A stretch of DNA of 64,000 nt from Terriglobia bacterium (GTDB lineage: Bacteria; Acidobacteriota; Terriglobia; JAIQFV01). The translations under genes and the position numbers were made by a program. The stretch spans positions 124,162 through 188,161 of the forward strand of contig JAIQFV010000009.1 in the NCBI GenBank assembly GCA_020073085.1, given 5' to 3'. Every line of letters begins with the position of its first letter. The stretch's first letter is position 1. Positions 52,204 through 61,729 of this stretch are shown in pieces. The notes beneath the pieces were generated by a model that made no database searches, was not told the origin of the DNA, and saw only the letters and a program-made list of their open reading frames with translations.

Positions 52204-54000
52204 TCAGGGAGCGTTCACCGAAAATTGGGTTTCCGGGTTCACATCTACCGAGATGACGGGGAGAATAATTCTGAAGGTGGCGCCGCCTTTCAAGTTATTC
52301 TCGGCGGTGATCTTCCCGCCGTAATGCTGCAAGATCGAGTGTCCCACACTGAGTGCCATCCCGGTGCCCTTGCCCACTTCTTTCGTCGTATAGAAGGGCT
52401 CGAAGATCCGGTTGGGGTCTTTGACTCCGGGTCCGTCGTCAGAAATCGACACGAACGTGTTGTCGCCATCTATTCCTGTCGAGATGGCGATGGTCCCGCC
52501 ATCCTTTACATCGCGGATGGCCTCCATGGCGTTTTTCAGGATGCTTTGAATCACCTGAACGAGGCGATCCCGATTGACATTGACCCACATGGGATCATGC
52601 CCAAAGCGCAACTTCGTGTTGATATGACAGTCCTGAAAATCCTTTTCAAACGGACTTAAAGATTCCACGACGAGGTCGTTCAGCTCGATGGATTCCACTG
52701 CATGTTCGGGGACCCGGACGAAGCTTTGCAGACTCTCTACAATTTTCTTGGAGCGCGCCGCCGCCTGGAGGATGCGGTCGAATCGCTGACGCAATTTCGG
52801 ATCGAGCGCCTTATCCTGCAGCGAAAGCTCAGAAAACCCCATGACAGTAGTCAGCGGGTTATTCAACTCGTGGGCTGCCCCCGAAATCATCTGGCCGAGA
52901 GCCATGAGTTTCTCGGCATGCTGGAGTTGCCGTTCCATGGTCTTCATTTCGGTGACATTGCGCCCCACGGTCAGGACGCCGGTGACGTGGCTCTCGGCGT
53001 CATAGACAGGCGACATGGAGATTTGAAGAGTGCGGTAATTCTCCTGGGGCGCTTCCATCTGAATTTCCAGGGATTGGGGCTTGCCCTGAAAAACAGCAGT
53101 GGCCGCCTGTTCCACAAGGAATCGGTCTTTCCCCCGAATAAACTCGCGATAGCTTCTTCCCTTCAGCTCTTCGGAACTCAGGCCCAACCCCTCCTCACAC
53201 TTCTTGTTGGCCCATTGAAACTTGCCCTCTTGATCGGTGACAAAAATGGAATCGTTCGCATTGTCCACCAGGCTCTGGACAAACTCGCGGTGTTTCACGG
53301 CGTCATCCCGATGCTTCTGCACCCCGACTTTCTCGCGCTCGAACAAGTAAACGAACATACCCACCGCCGCAAAGAATCGGGGCAGGTCAAGGAATTGCAG
53401 AAGCAGTGGGGTGAGATACTCCCACCTCAGAACGATACCAAAACTCATGAGGCCGATTCCGCCCGCCGCAAAGCCGAAGATCAGCGTTTGGACCCCGATG
53501 GAATGCGGTCTCTCTCGAGAGCGGAAAAACACCCAGCCGGTGTATAGAAATACGAGACCGATCAACAGGCTAAACACGGAAAAGTGGTAAAACACCAGCA
53601 CCTTCCAAAAATAACCTGGGGTATTGGAGCGCGTGACATCGGGGGTCGCGGAGGCGGAATGATAGGCTTGCCAGTAGCTGAGGAGTGCAAACAGGAGGCC
53701 CAGACCGACAACCGGGGCGCGGGGCGTTCGCAAGCCAACAAAGGTCCGCGCACTGAGGCAGAACATGATGGCAGCAGCCGCCAGCAAGATCTCATCCAGA
53801 AGGAGTGCAAACTGTATGTTTCCCAGGCCGTTAATGACGGCTACCTGTGCCAAATATTGGAGCAGTAACAGCCCCCAGCCGAGTGTCCACAGCGTGAAAA
53901 ACCGCTCCCTCAACCCTCGCTTGGAGAAGACGAAGAAGATAACCGCGAACAGAGCGATGGTGAGAAATGTGGTCAATCCGTCGGCTAGATAAAAGTCCAT
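52204..54000 (-). CDS. membrane sensor histidine kinase (multi-TM + PAS + HisKA/HATPase)
   Basis: About 6 N-terminal TM helices, PAS region, H-box HELNNPLTTVMGF, G-boxes (GTGMALSV, GGKITAEN). Confidence 0.85.
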   Translation of the reverse strand: MDFYLADGLTTFLTIALFAVIFFVFSKRGLRERFFTLWTLGWGLLLLQYLAQVAVINGLGNIQFALLLDEILLAAAAIMFCLSARTFVGLRTPRAPVVGLGLLFALLSYWQAYHSASATPDVTRSNTPGYFWKVLVFYHFSVFSLLIGLVFLYTGWVFFRSRERPHSIGVQTLIFGFAAGGIGLMSFGIVLRWEYLTPLLLQFLDLPRFFAAVGMFVYLFEREKVGVQKHRDDAVKHREFVQSLVDNANDSIFVTDQEGKFQWANKKCEEGLGLSSEELKGRSYREFIRGKDRFLVEQAATAVFQGKPQSLEIQMEAPQENYRTLQISMSPVYDAESHVTGVLTVGRNVTEMKTMERQLQHAEKLMALGQMISGAAHELNNPLTTVMGFSELSLQDKALDPKLRQRFDRILQAAARSKKIVESLQSFVRVPEHAVESIELNDLVVESLSPFEKDFQDCHINTKLRFGHDPMWVNVNRDRLVQVIQSILKNAMEAIRDVKDGGTIAISTGIDGDNTFVSISDDGPGVKDPNRIFEPFYTTKEVGKGTGMALSVGHSILQHYGGKITAENNLKGGATFRIILPVISVDVNPETQFSVNAP

Positions 54001-54244
54001 GAGTGCTCCTGGCGAGAGAAGGTTCCTCGCCCGTGCTGCTTATTTTTTCGGCTAAAGGAGGGAAAACTTTAGAAAATAATGACCCGGAGGAGGAACTTCT
54101 CCCAAGGAACCCGCATGCGTCACTGTTCCATTGCCCCCCACCTGCGATTTCTTTATCATAAAGAGGAGTGGAAACTCCCTGTCCATGCTCAAGCGGGATC
54201 TGGCAATCCCACCGCTCAACTCAGGTCACGAAAGGAAATAAGGA

Positions 54245-55540
54245 ATGAAACCGCGATATTGGATCATCCCGGCGGCCATGATTGCCATCGCTGCCCTTCT
54301 TCTGAGCTTTTCGGCAAAGGCGAGCAACTCGCTGAGAAGTGCGATTCCCGCCTCAAGCCCCGAGGAAAAATCCCCGCCGTTCTTCAAGATCCGCGCCATT
54401 ACGGCGTTTGTCTCCATCGACCCCGGCCGGATCGAAGAGGCGGTCTCCGAGGCGGTTCAGTTCCTGGAGAAATCCCGGGACCGGTTTCAATCGGCCGGGT
54501 TCGAGGTCCAAACCATTCGGCTGGCCACCCAGCCCTTTCCGGAATATACGAAAAGCATGTCACACCGGGCGGCACTCGAACTGATCCAAAAACTGGATCG
54601 ATTGGCGGTGCAGCACCACCTCGATCTATCCATTGGACCGGGAATTCTCGAAGACCGCGACGATCCGGAAGCGGTGGCATTGATTACGGATATTCTGTCG
54701 CATACCCAGACCACCAATACCAGCGTGACGGTGGCTACTCCGGAACGCGGGGTTCAACCGAAAGTGGTTCGCGCGGCGGCACAGATCATGAAGAACCTTT
54801 CCACAGCCTCAAAGGGTGGCATCGGAAACTTCAGCTTTGCCGCGGCAGCAAACTGTCCTGCCGGGATTCCATTCTTCCCCACTGCTTACCACCTCGGAAC
54901 CCAAAAGCAATTTGCCCTGGCCATTCAGTGTGCCAGCCTGGTTCAGGAGGCCTTTGCGCATTCCCTCTCGCCTGCGGAAGCTCGTGTCAACCTGAAGAAG
55001 ATCTATGAAGCGCAATTGCATCCGGTTGAAGTCATCGCTCAGGGATTGTCGGAGGAGACCCGGTGGAATTATGAGGGGATGGATGTATCCACGGCTCCGT
55101 TAAAGGAAGTCTCAATCGGCGCAGCGATCGAAACCCTGTCGGGAGTCCCGTTTGGAGATCACGGCACGCTGACGGTTGCCGCCCTGATCACGGATGTCCT
55201 GAAGAGCTTGAACTTAAAGCGTGCTGGATATTCCGGACTGATGATTCCGGTCATGGAAGACGCGACCATTTCACGGCGGGCGGCCGAAGGAAGGTTGTCA
55301 CTCGACAAACTGCTCCTGTTCTCGTCGGTCTGCGCCACCGGCATTGACGTGGCGCCGATTCCGGGCGATACCCCGTCGGCTGAAATTGAAAGGGTCATCA
55401 TGGACGTGGCCTCCCAGTCCACCAAGCTGAAGAAACCTCTTGCCGTCCGACTCCTCGTGGTACCGGGGAAAAAGGAAGGGGCCATGACGGAATTTGAAGA
55501 TCCGTTCCTGGTCAATACGAAGGTGATGTCTGTGAAGTGA
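54245..55540 (+). CDS. DUF711 / UPF0210 family protein
   Basis: IRAITAFVSIDP near N-terminus. C-terminal LLLFSSVCATGIDVAPIPGDTPSAEIERVI...VRLLVVPGKKEGAMTEFEDPFL...VMSV matches the UPF0210 family C-terminal signature (recollection). Confidence 0.7.
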   Translation: MKPRYWIIPAAMIAIAALLLSFSAKASNSLRSAIPASSPEEKSPPFFKIRAITAFVSIDPGRIEEAVSEAVQFLEKSRDRFQSAGFEVQTIRLATQPFPEYTKSMSHRAALELIQKLDRLAVQHHLDLSIGPGILEDRDDPEAVALITDILSHTQTTNTSVTVATPERGVQPKVVRAAAQIMKNLSTASKGGIGNFSFAAAANCPAGIPFFPTAYHLGTQKQFALAIQCASLVQEAFAHSLSPAEARVNLKKIYEAQLHPVEVIAQGLSEETRWNYEGMDVSTAPLKEVSIGAAIETLSGVPFGDHGTLTVAALITDVLKSLNLKRAGYSGLMIPVMEDATISRRAAEGRLSLDKLLLFSSVCATGIDVAPIPGDTPSAEIERVIMDVASQSTKLKKPLAVRLLVVPGKKEGAMTEFEDPFLVNTKVMSVK

Positions 55541-55606
55541 GCAGCGTGATCCCGGCCTGGCGGGATCACGCCTTTCATCTTGATTCTTTTCACACGCACT
55601 CTGCTC

Positions 55607-55930
55607 TTACCGGGTCTGTCCATCGTGCTTTTGCCGATAAATGCCCCGGCTGGTGCGATTCAATTCACGATTCAACTGGCGCCGCTCGGCCGGGGTCACC
55701 TTCCCATCCGACTTGGCGAACAATTTGTCGGCTTGAATCTTTCCTTCGCGAGACTCAAGGCCACGGGCTTCCCGGTAAGTTAATTGCCCACTCCGGATTC
55801 CCTGGTTGATTCGTGCCTGCTGGCGGGCCTGGCGTTGATTGATGCCGGGGGTCCGTGTCCCGGCAAGAATCGGGAGCGTGAGGGCGAAAAGGAACACACC
55901 GCACGCAAGAAAACCCATCAACTTTTTCAT
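55607..55930 (-). CDS. hypothetical secreted basic protein
   Basis: Signal peptide MKKLMGFLACGVFLFALTLPILA. Gln/Arg-rich body. Confidence 0.4.
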   Translation of the reverse strand: MKKLMGFLACGVFLFALTLPILAGTRTPGINQRQARQQARINQGIRSGQLTYREARGLESREGKIQADKLFAKSDGKVTPAERRQLNRELNRTSRGIYRQKHDGQTR

Positions 55931-56130
55931 GACATCCTCCTGTTCATCTGGAATTCCGGAGGGCCCTCCGTTTTTCAATCTCTTGGACAATTGAGGATCT
56001 CAAGAAGTTTAATCGATGGGACGCGCAGAAAAACGGACCGTGCGGAGCTCTAACTATGAATTCGTGTCATCCGTGTCGTCTGTGTAATCAGCGTCCATGA
56101 TTTATTGAAGATCTCTCGGGGCGGGGGAGC

Positions 56131-57129
56131 TCATTCCGGATTGCGAAGCTCATTCAGGGCTTGTTCGACGTAAGGGCGAACCATTTGCTTGCGCCAGTAC
56201 ATGAGGAAATCGGTGTTGTCGAGGGGTTTGGCCACGGCATGCGCAGCGGCCGCGGCGGCGCGAATGCTGCTCTCACCCAAGGGGCGACCAATTAAGAGTT
56301 TCTGCGCTTCAGTGACTTCCATCGCATGCGGGGCGATGGCGCCCAGGATGAGTTTCGCGTCCCGGACAGTCGCGTGATCCTCTTCAAACCAGACACAGGC
56401 CGCGACGCCAAGCACCGGAAAGTCGAACGCCCCGCGACGCCTCAGTTTTGCGTAGCTGGCGCGCCATCCATTGGCCGGAGGAAGCAGGATTTCGGTCAAC
56501 AGTTCGTTGTGCTGTTTTGTTAAATAGTGAATTCCATCAAACCTGGAATAGAGTTGAGCGATGGGAATCACCCGCTCTCCCCCGGGAGAAACCAGTTTGA
56601 CCCGAGCACCCAACGCGATCAGGACTGGCACTTCATCCGCCGATTGAACGGCCCAGCAAACTTTCGATCCCGGCGCCACCCAACAGGTATCGCCGTCTTT
56701 CTTCAGGCAGAAGTGAACTCCTTTGCGCCATTCGTAATTCTGGTCATAGTAATTGCAGCGCGTATCGAGGAGCAGATTGCCGCCGAGGGTTCCCATATTC
56801 TGCAGGACCGGGGTCGAGATCAGTCTCGCTGCATGAGCGATGACGGGGTAATATTTTTGAATGGTCCGATTCTCAATCAATTCAGTCAGGGTCACGGCAG
56901 CTCCGACGCTCACACCCGTGGTTGAAGGAGCACCTGTGATTTTTTTTAGAGCGGCAATACGCTGCAAACCAATCACGACCTTGGGGGTCTGCTGGCGGCG
57001 CTTCATGTTGGGATACAGATCCGTTCCCCCCGCGACGAATTGTCCCTCGGCGCCGGCTTCCGCCATCAGCTTCACGGCATCTGCAATCTTCCGTGGGGCA
57101 TGATACTCAAACTTTGGGAGTCGCATCAT
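56131..57129 (-). CDS. hcrB: FAD-binding subunit of a xanthine-dehydrogenase-family molybdoenzyme, HcrB-like with [4Fe-4S] insertion loop
   Basis: FVAGGTDLYPNMK FAD fold plus an inserted loop TRC-x15-C-x7-C-x8-C (CNYYDQNYEWRKGVHFCLKKDGDTCWVAPGSKVC). Cys spacing 16/8/9 is identical to that described for the cluster-binding loop of 4-hydroxybenzoyl-CoA reductase beta subunit. Confidence 0.7.
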   Translation of the reverse strand: MMRLPKFEYHAPRKIADAVKLMAEAGAEGQFVAGGTDLYPNMKRRQQTPKVVIGLQRIAALKKITGAPSTTGVSVGAAVTLTELIENRTIQKYYPVIAHAARLISTPVLQNMGTLGGNLLLDTRCNYYDQNYEWRKGVHFCLKKDGDTCWVAPGSKVCWAVQSADEVPVLIALGARVKLVSPGGERVIPIAQLYSRFDGIHYLTKQHNELLTEILLPPANGWRASYAKLRRRGAFDFPVLGVAACVWFEEDHATVRDAKLILGAIAPHAMEVTEAQKLLIGRPLGESSIRAAAAAAHAVAKPLDNTDFLMYWRKQMVRPYVEQALNELRNPE

Positions 57130-57144
57130 CGGGAGACCCGTTCG

Positions 57145-58125
57145 TTATTTCTTAAATGGCAAATGATCCAGATCCACATTCCCGCCCGACAAGATAATCC
57201 CAATCCTCCGGTTCGCGAATCCCGCGATCTTCTTAAAGATCGCCGCCGCGACCGCCACGGCGCCGGAGGGCTCAACGACGATCTTCATCCGTTCCCAGAT
57301 ATGCCGCATCGCCTCGATGATCTCATCCTCGCTGACGGTCACAATTTCGTCCACCAGCTTATGGATAACCGGAAACGTCTTCTCTCCCAGGGATGAGCGG
57401 AGGCCATCCGCGATGGTCTGCGGATGAGCTTGCAGGATGATCTTTCCGGCTTGCTTCGATTGAAACGCATCATCAGCACCCTTGGGTTCACATCCAATGA
57501 TCCAGGTTTCGGGGGAAAGACTTTTCATGGCAAGCGCGGTCCCGCTGATTAATCCCCCACCGCCGACCGGGGCCAACAGAAAATCGAGCCCTTCTTCCAC
57601 CTGCTCGTGGAACTCCACGGCGCAGGTTCCCTGTCCGGCAATGACGCGGTAATTATTGTAAGGATGGATGAGGACGGCGCCTGTTCTGGCCATGAGTTCA
57701 TCCGTCATCGACTCCCGCGCCTCCAGGGTGGGTTTGCAGAAGGTGATCTCTCCTCCATAGTTTCGGATCGCTCCGACCTTTGGCGCCGGGGCATTTGAAG
57801 GCACCACGATGTATGCCTTTATGCCTCGAATCCTGGCAGCCATCGAGAGCGCGGCCCCATGGTTGCCGGAAGAGTGAGTGATCACCCCCTTCGCGGCTTC
57901 CGCATCATCCAGCGACAAGACGGCATTGATGGCCCCTCGCGCCTTGAAGGCGCCTCCCTTTTGCAGGTTCTCGCACTTAAAGAAGACCTGGGCGCCGGCC
58001 ATCTCGTTCATCGTCCGGCTCGTCATGACGGGGGTTCGATGGATGTGCGGCCGTATTCGCTGGAGAGCTTCCCGAATCGTCTCCAGTCCTGGCTGAGTCT
58101 CAGCGTTTATGGTTGGAGTTGTCAT
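57145..58125 (-). CDS. PLP-dependent threonine/serine dehydratase family enzyme
   Basis: FFKCENLQKGGAFKARGAINAV (PLP-Lys motif), GNHGAALSMAA, tetraglycine loop region. 326 aa without ACT domains (catabolic/serine-racemase-like type). Confidence 0.8.
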   Translation of the reverse strand: MTTPTINAETQPGLETIREALQRIRPHIHRTPVMTSRTMNEMAGAQVFFKCENLQKGGAFKARGAINAVLSLDDAEAAKGVITHSSGNHGAALSMAARIRGIKAYIVVPSNAPAPKVGAIRNYGGEITFCKPTLEARESMTDELMARTGAVLIHPYNNYRVIAGQGTCAVEFHEQVEEGLDFLLAPVGGGGLISGTALAMKSLSPETWIIGCEPKGADDAFQSKQAGKIILQAHPQTIADGLRSSLGEKTFPVIHKLVDEIVTVSEDEIIEAMRHIWERMKIVVEPSGAVAVAAAIFKKIAGFANRRIGIILSGGNVDLDHLPFKK

Positions 58126-58340
58126 AAGAATTCAATCACACTTTCTTTAGGTGTTTCTGAGTTTTGGTAACCCCGGTCCGCCGCGGCATCCGCCATTATT
58201 GCCGGCGGATCGCCGGCGGATTTTCGGGTTTTGGCAGCCCCGGCGAGCCCGCCGCGGCGGGCCGGGGGATAATCACGCGGTCTCACGGAAGCCCCGGTTT
58301 GCCATGGCGGACATCTGGTCAACTCGGTACCGAACATTCC

Positions 58341-60965
58341 TCACTCTCTTGCATGGACGGCTTCACGTGACATTTCCTTTCCCGTCCCGCCCTCCCAGGG
58401 AGGCTTAACACGGACGGGTTCCGGCCAATCCACCTCAGGAACGGACTTGGGCCCATAACGGTGCGGTTCTTCGACCCCCCGGGTAATGCCTGTTCCTCTG
58501 CTGTCGGTCGATTCCACGTCATCTTCCTGTCTTTCGGCCCCCTTCTGAATCGCAGACAAAACCTTGTCGGGAGTGATGGGGACCTCATCAATGCGCACCT
58601 GGACCGCATCATAAACCGCGTTGGCAATGGCGGGCGGGACCGGCAGCAAGGGTCCCTGTCCGACTTCCTTGGCGCCGAAAGGGCCGTTGGGATCCGGATC
58701 TTCAATCAGAAATGTCTTCACGTCGCACATTTCCAGCGTCGTGGGCGATTTGTATTCGAGGAGGCTGGGGAATTTGTGCACGACATTCCGATTCGCCCGG
58801 TAACTCATTTCTTCCATCAGAGCCTCACCCAATCCCATGTAGACCGACCCCTCCACCTGTCCCAAGGTCAAGGCCGGATTAATGGCGCGTCCGATATCGT
58901 GCGCCATCCAGATTCGCTCCACCCGCACAATCCCGGTGCGCGGGTCCACCTCGACCTCGGCGACCGCCGCATCGTAACTGTATGCCGGAGAGGGACCGAC
59001 ACCCGCTCCCTTGTATCTTCCCGCTGAGGGAGGCGGCGTATAACTGCCGACGGTCCCAATCGTTCCGAACCTGGCCTCGGCGATTTGAACCGCCTCGGCG
59101 AATGAGATGGACGTCTCGGGATTCTCCACATCGAATAACCGGCCCCCGGAAAAGGAAAGATGAGTGGCGGGAATGTTCATTTTTTCCGAAACCGCGCGGA
59201 CGAGAAGGTCCCGGGCGCGTTCAGCTGCCTCCAGCGCCGCATTCCCCGTCATCAGCGTCACCCGGGAGGAATAACTCCCAAGATCAACAGGAGTGAGATC
59301 AGTGTCCGCCGTGAGGACTCGAATGTCGAAGGGATCAATCCCGAATACCTCGGCAACAAGGTAGGCGAGGATCGAATCGGAACCCTGTCCAATGTCGATC
59401 GATCCACACATCACGCACACACCGCCTTGACGGTCCAGCCGGAGCTGCACCCCGGAATGCGGCATGTGATTCCAATAAATGGGAAGTCCGGCGCCACTCA
59501 GGTAGGACGCACAGGCCAGCCCTATGCCTTTTCCGTAAGGGAGGTTTCGGAATTTGTTCTTAAAGTCGCTCGCCGTGACCACCTTGTCGAGACACGCGGC
59601 CAGCCCCATCGAGCCAACCCTCAAGTAATTTGCGGTAAGCGAATGGGGCTCCACCAGATGGTTCTTGCGAATTGCCACTGGATCGAGCCGCAACTGCTCC
59701 GCAATCTTGTCGAGATGAATCTCGAGGGCATAGCGGGGTTGCGGCGTTCCGTGGCCGCGCTTGGGTCCGCAGGGCGGCTTGTTGGTAAACACACGGACGC
59801 CTTCGAACTTGTAATTCGGAATTTTGTAGGTCACCGTCTGCAACGCCCCCGTGTAATAGGTGGAGGCAACCCCATAACTGCCGTAAGCCCCGCCGTCGAG
59901 GAAGGAGCGGAAATGCATCGCCGTGATCGCGCCGTCCTTCTTTGCCCCCGTCTTCACCCACATGAGCACGGGATGTCGTCCCCGGTGGCAATAAAACACC
60001 TCTTCCCGCGTGAGGGTTACTTTCACGGGGCGGCCCGTTATCATGGCAAGTTTTGAGACAATCATCTCGTGGGGAAATGGGTCACTCTTGCCGCCAAAGC
60101 CGCCTCCATTGGGCGTGGCGATGACCCGGATACGGCTGGCAGGCATTTCCAGTACTTTTGCGAGCGCCCGGTGGACATAATGCGGGGTCTGCGTGGAGCT
60201 CCATAAACAGAGCTTGCCGTCGCCGTCCACCTGGGCCACGGCGGCGTGCTGCTCCATGGGAAGGTGCGTATTGCCTTCGTAAAAGAATACATCTTCCCGA
60301 ACCAAATCGGCCTGTTTGAATCCTTCTTCCACGTCGCCAAACTCCAAGGCCACCATCTTGTGAACATTGCCGTGATCCCCATAGCTGTGGATGCGCCAGG
60401 CCTCTTTGCACTCTCCGGGATTCTCGGAGCCGCCGGTCTTTGAAAGTCCATCTCCGGTGCGCAGAGATTCAGGATTTCTCAATGCATCCTGTATCGAGGA
60501 AACGACAGGCAGAGGTTCGTATTCCACTTCGATGGCGTTCATGGCTTCAAACGCCGAATCCTCGTCGATGGCAGCAACAGCGGCAACCGGATCACCAATC
60601 ATGCGGACCTTCTCGAGGCACAGCGCGTGCTCGTCCTGGCTGACCGGTAATATGCCGTAGGGGAGGGGGAGGGACTTCCCCGTAATGACCGCGACCACAC
60701 CGGGCATCGCCTCAGCCTTCGACGTGTCAATTTTTCGAATCAGGGCATGGGGGACGTGACTGCGCAGGATTTTACAGTAGAGCATCCGCGGCAACACGAT
60801 GTCGTCGGCAAATTTCGTTTGCCCGGTTACCTTGGCCGAGGCATCGATCTTGCGAAGCGGCTTGCCGACAACGTTGAGATGTTTTGAGCTTCCGTTCTTC
60901 ATGAGATAAACCGCAAAAGGTTTGGTAGCCGTGATCCCGTTCTTTAGGATCGCGGGCTTTTCCAC
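58341..60965 (-). CDS. hcrA: molybdopterin-binding large subunit of xanthine-dehydrogenase-family enzyme (HcrA/CoxL-like)
   Basis: VGKPLRKIDASAKVTGQTKFADD N-terminus, aldehyde oxidase/xanthine dehydrogenase a/b hammerhead and MoCo-binding body. Alternative start MKNGSS at 60902. About 70-aa unusual C-terminal extension. Confidence 0.85.
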   Translation of the reverse strand: MEKPAILKNGITATKPFAVYLMKNGSSKHLNVVGKPLRKIDASAKVTGQTKFADDIVLPRMLYCKILRSHVPHALIRKIDTSKAEAMPGVVAVITGKSLPLPYGILPVSQDEHALCLEKVRMIGDPVAAVAAIDEDSAFEAMNAIEVEYEPLPVVSSIQDALRNPESLRTGDGLSKTGGSENPGECKEAWRIHSYGDHGNVHKMVALEFGDVEEGFKQADLVREDVFFYEGNTHLPMEQHAAVAQVDGDGKLCLWSSTQTPHYVHRALAKVLEMPASRIRVIATPNGGGFGGKSDPFPHEMIVSKLAMITGRPVKVTLTREEVFYCHRGRHPVLMWVKTGAKKDGAITAMHFRSFLDGGAYGSYGVASTYYTGALQTVTYKIPNYKFEGVRVFTNKPPCGPKRGHGTPQPRYALEIHLDKIAEQLRLDPVAIRKNHLVEPHSLTANYLRVGSMGLAACLDKVVTASDFKNKFRNLPYGKGIGLACASYLSGAGLPIYWNHMPHSGVQLRLDRQGGVCVMCGSIDIGQGSDSILAYLVAEVFGIDPFDIRVLTADTDLTPVDLGSYSSRVTLMTGNAALEAAERARDLLVRAVSEKMNIPATHLSFSGGRLFDVENPETSISFAEAVQIAEARFGTIGTVGSYTPPPSAGRYKGAGVGPSPAYSYDAAVAEVEVDPRTGIVRVERIWMAHDIGRAINPALTLGQVEGSVYMGLGEALMEEMSYRANRNVVHKFPSLLEYKSPTTLEMCDVKTFLIEDPDPNGPFGAKEVGQGPLLPVPPAIANAVYDAVQVRIDEVPITPDKVLSAIQKGAERQEDDVESTDSRGTGITRGVEEPHRYGPKSVPEVDWPEPVRVKPPWEGGTGKEMSREAVHARE

Positions 60966-61022
60966 GCAGGTCGCAAGAGCTCGAGGGCTAAAGCCCTCCT
61001 TGACTTAAATCAACGTGATCAA

Positions 61023-61178
61023 GGCCTGGCTAAAGCCAGACCCTTACAAGGCCCTGTCTCTTCAATCCGTACACAACTTCCTCGGAGATACTGATTCAAA
61101 TCCACATGCTCATGATTTGGCTGAAGCCAGGCCCTTACAAGGGCTTTTCACTTCAATCCGTACACAACTTCCTCGCGG
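61023..61178. repeat. about 92-bp tandem duplication spanning the hcrC 3' end and the hcrC-hcrA spacer
   Basis: ggct(a/g)aagccag(a/g)cccttacaagg(c/g)c...cttcaatccgtacacaacttcctcg occurs twice. The second copy encodes the last 8 codons (EEVVYGLK*) of hcrC. Confidence 0.8.
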
Positions 61179-61714
61179 ACCTCTGCCTTTTCCCCGCGCA
61201 TACGGGCCGCCGCCAATTCGACCGCCTCGTAAATCTTGATGTAGCCCGTGCAACGGCACAGGTTGCCCGACAGCGCCTGGGCAATCTCTTCACGGCTCGG
61301 CTTCGGATTCTTTTCCAGCAACTCCTGGGCCGTCAGCAAAAATCCCGGCGTACAGTAGCCGCATTGGGCGGCCCCAAGATCGGCGAAGGTTTCCTGCAGC
61401 GGGTGCAACCGGCCATCCGATAGTTGCATTCCCTCCACCGTCATCACCTCGTGTCCTTCGACATCGAGGCCCAGGACGAGGCACGAGAGAACCGGTTTGC
61501 CGTCCAGCAGCACCGTGCAGGTCCCACATTCGCCCAGCTCACACCCGTGCTTGGTCCCGGTGAGATTCAGATCTTCGCGCAAAACCTCAAGCAGGGTCTT
61601 ATGAGGTGCAAATGCAACCTCGCAAGGCTCCCCGTTCAGGACGAACGCAATGTGCGCTTTTTGCTTCCGACTTTTCGCCCTGGGATTCATCGTCTTCTTA
61701 ATTCCGGACTTCAT
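61148..61714 (-). CDS. hcrC: (2Fe-2S)-binding small subunit of xanthine-dehydrogenase-family enzyme (HcrC/CoxS-like)
   Basis: CELGECGTCTVLLDGKPVLSC plant-type cluster motif and CRCTGY second-cluster motif. Confidence 0.85.
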   Translation of the reverse strand: MKSGIKKTMNPRAKSRKQKAHIAFVLNGEPCEVAFAPHKTLLEVLREDLNLTGTKHGCELGECGTCTVLLDGKPVLSCLVLGLDVEGHEVMTVEGMQLSDGRLHPLQETFADLGAAQCGYCTPGFLLTAQELLEKNPKPSREEIAQALSGNLCRCTGYIKIYEAVELAAARMRGEKAEVREEVVYGLK

Positions 61715-61729
61715 CGCACTCTGCTCTCT

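Noticed and set aside
54079-55008. 309-aa plus-strand ORF
   Set aside because: Out-of-frame overlap with the well-supported DUF711/UPF0210 gene. Pro/Arg/Gly-rich composition typical of wrong-frame translation of high-GC DNA.
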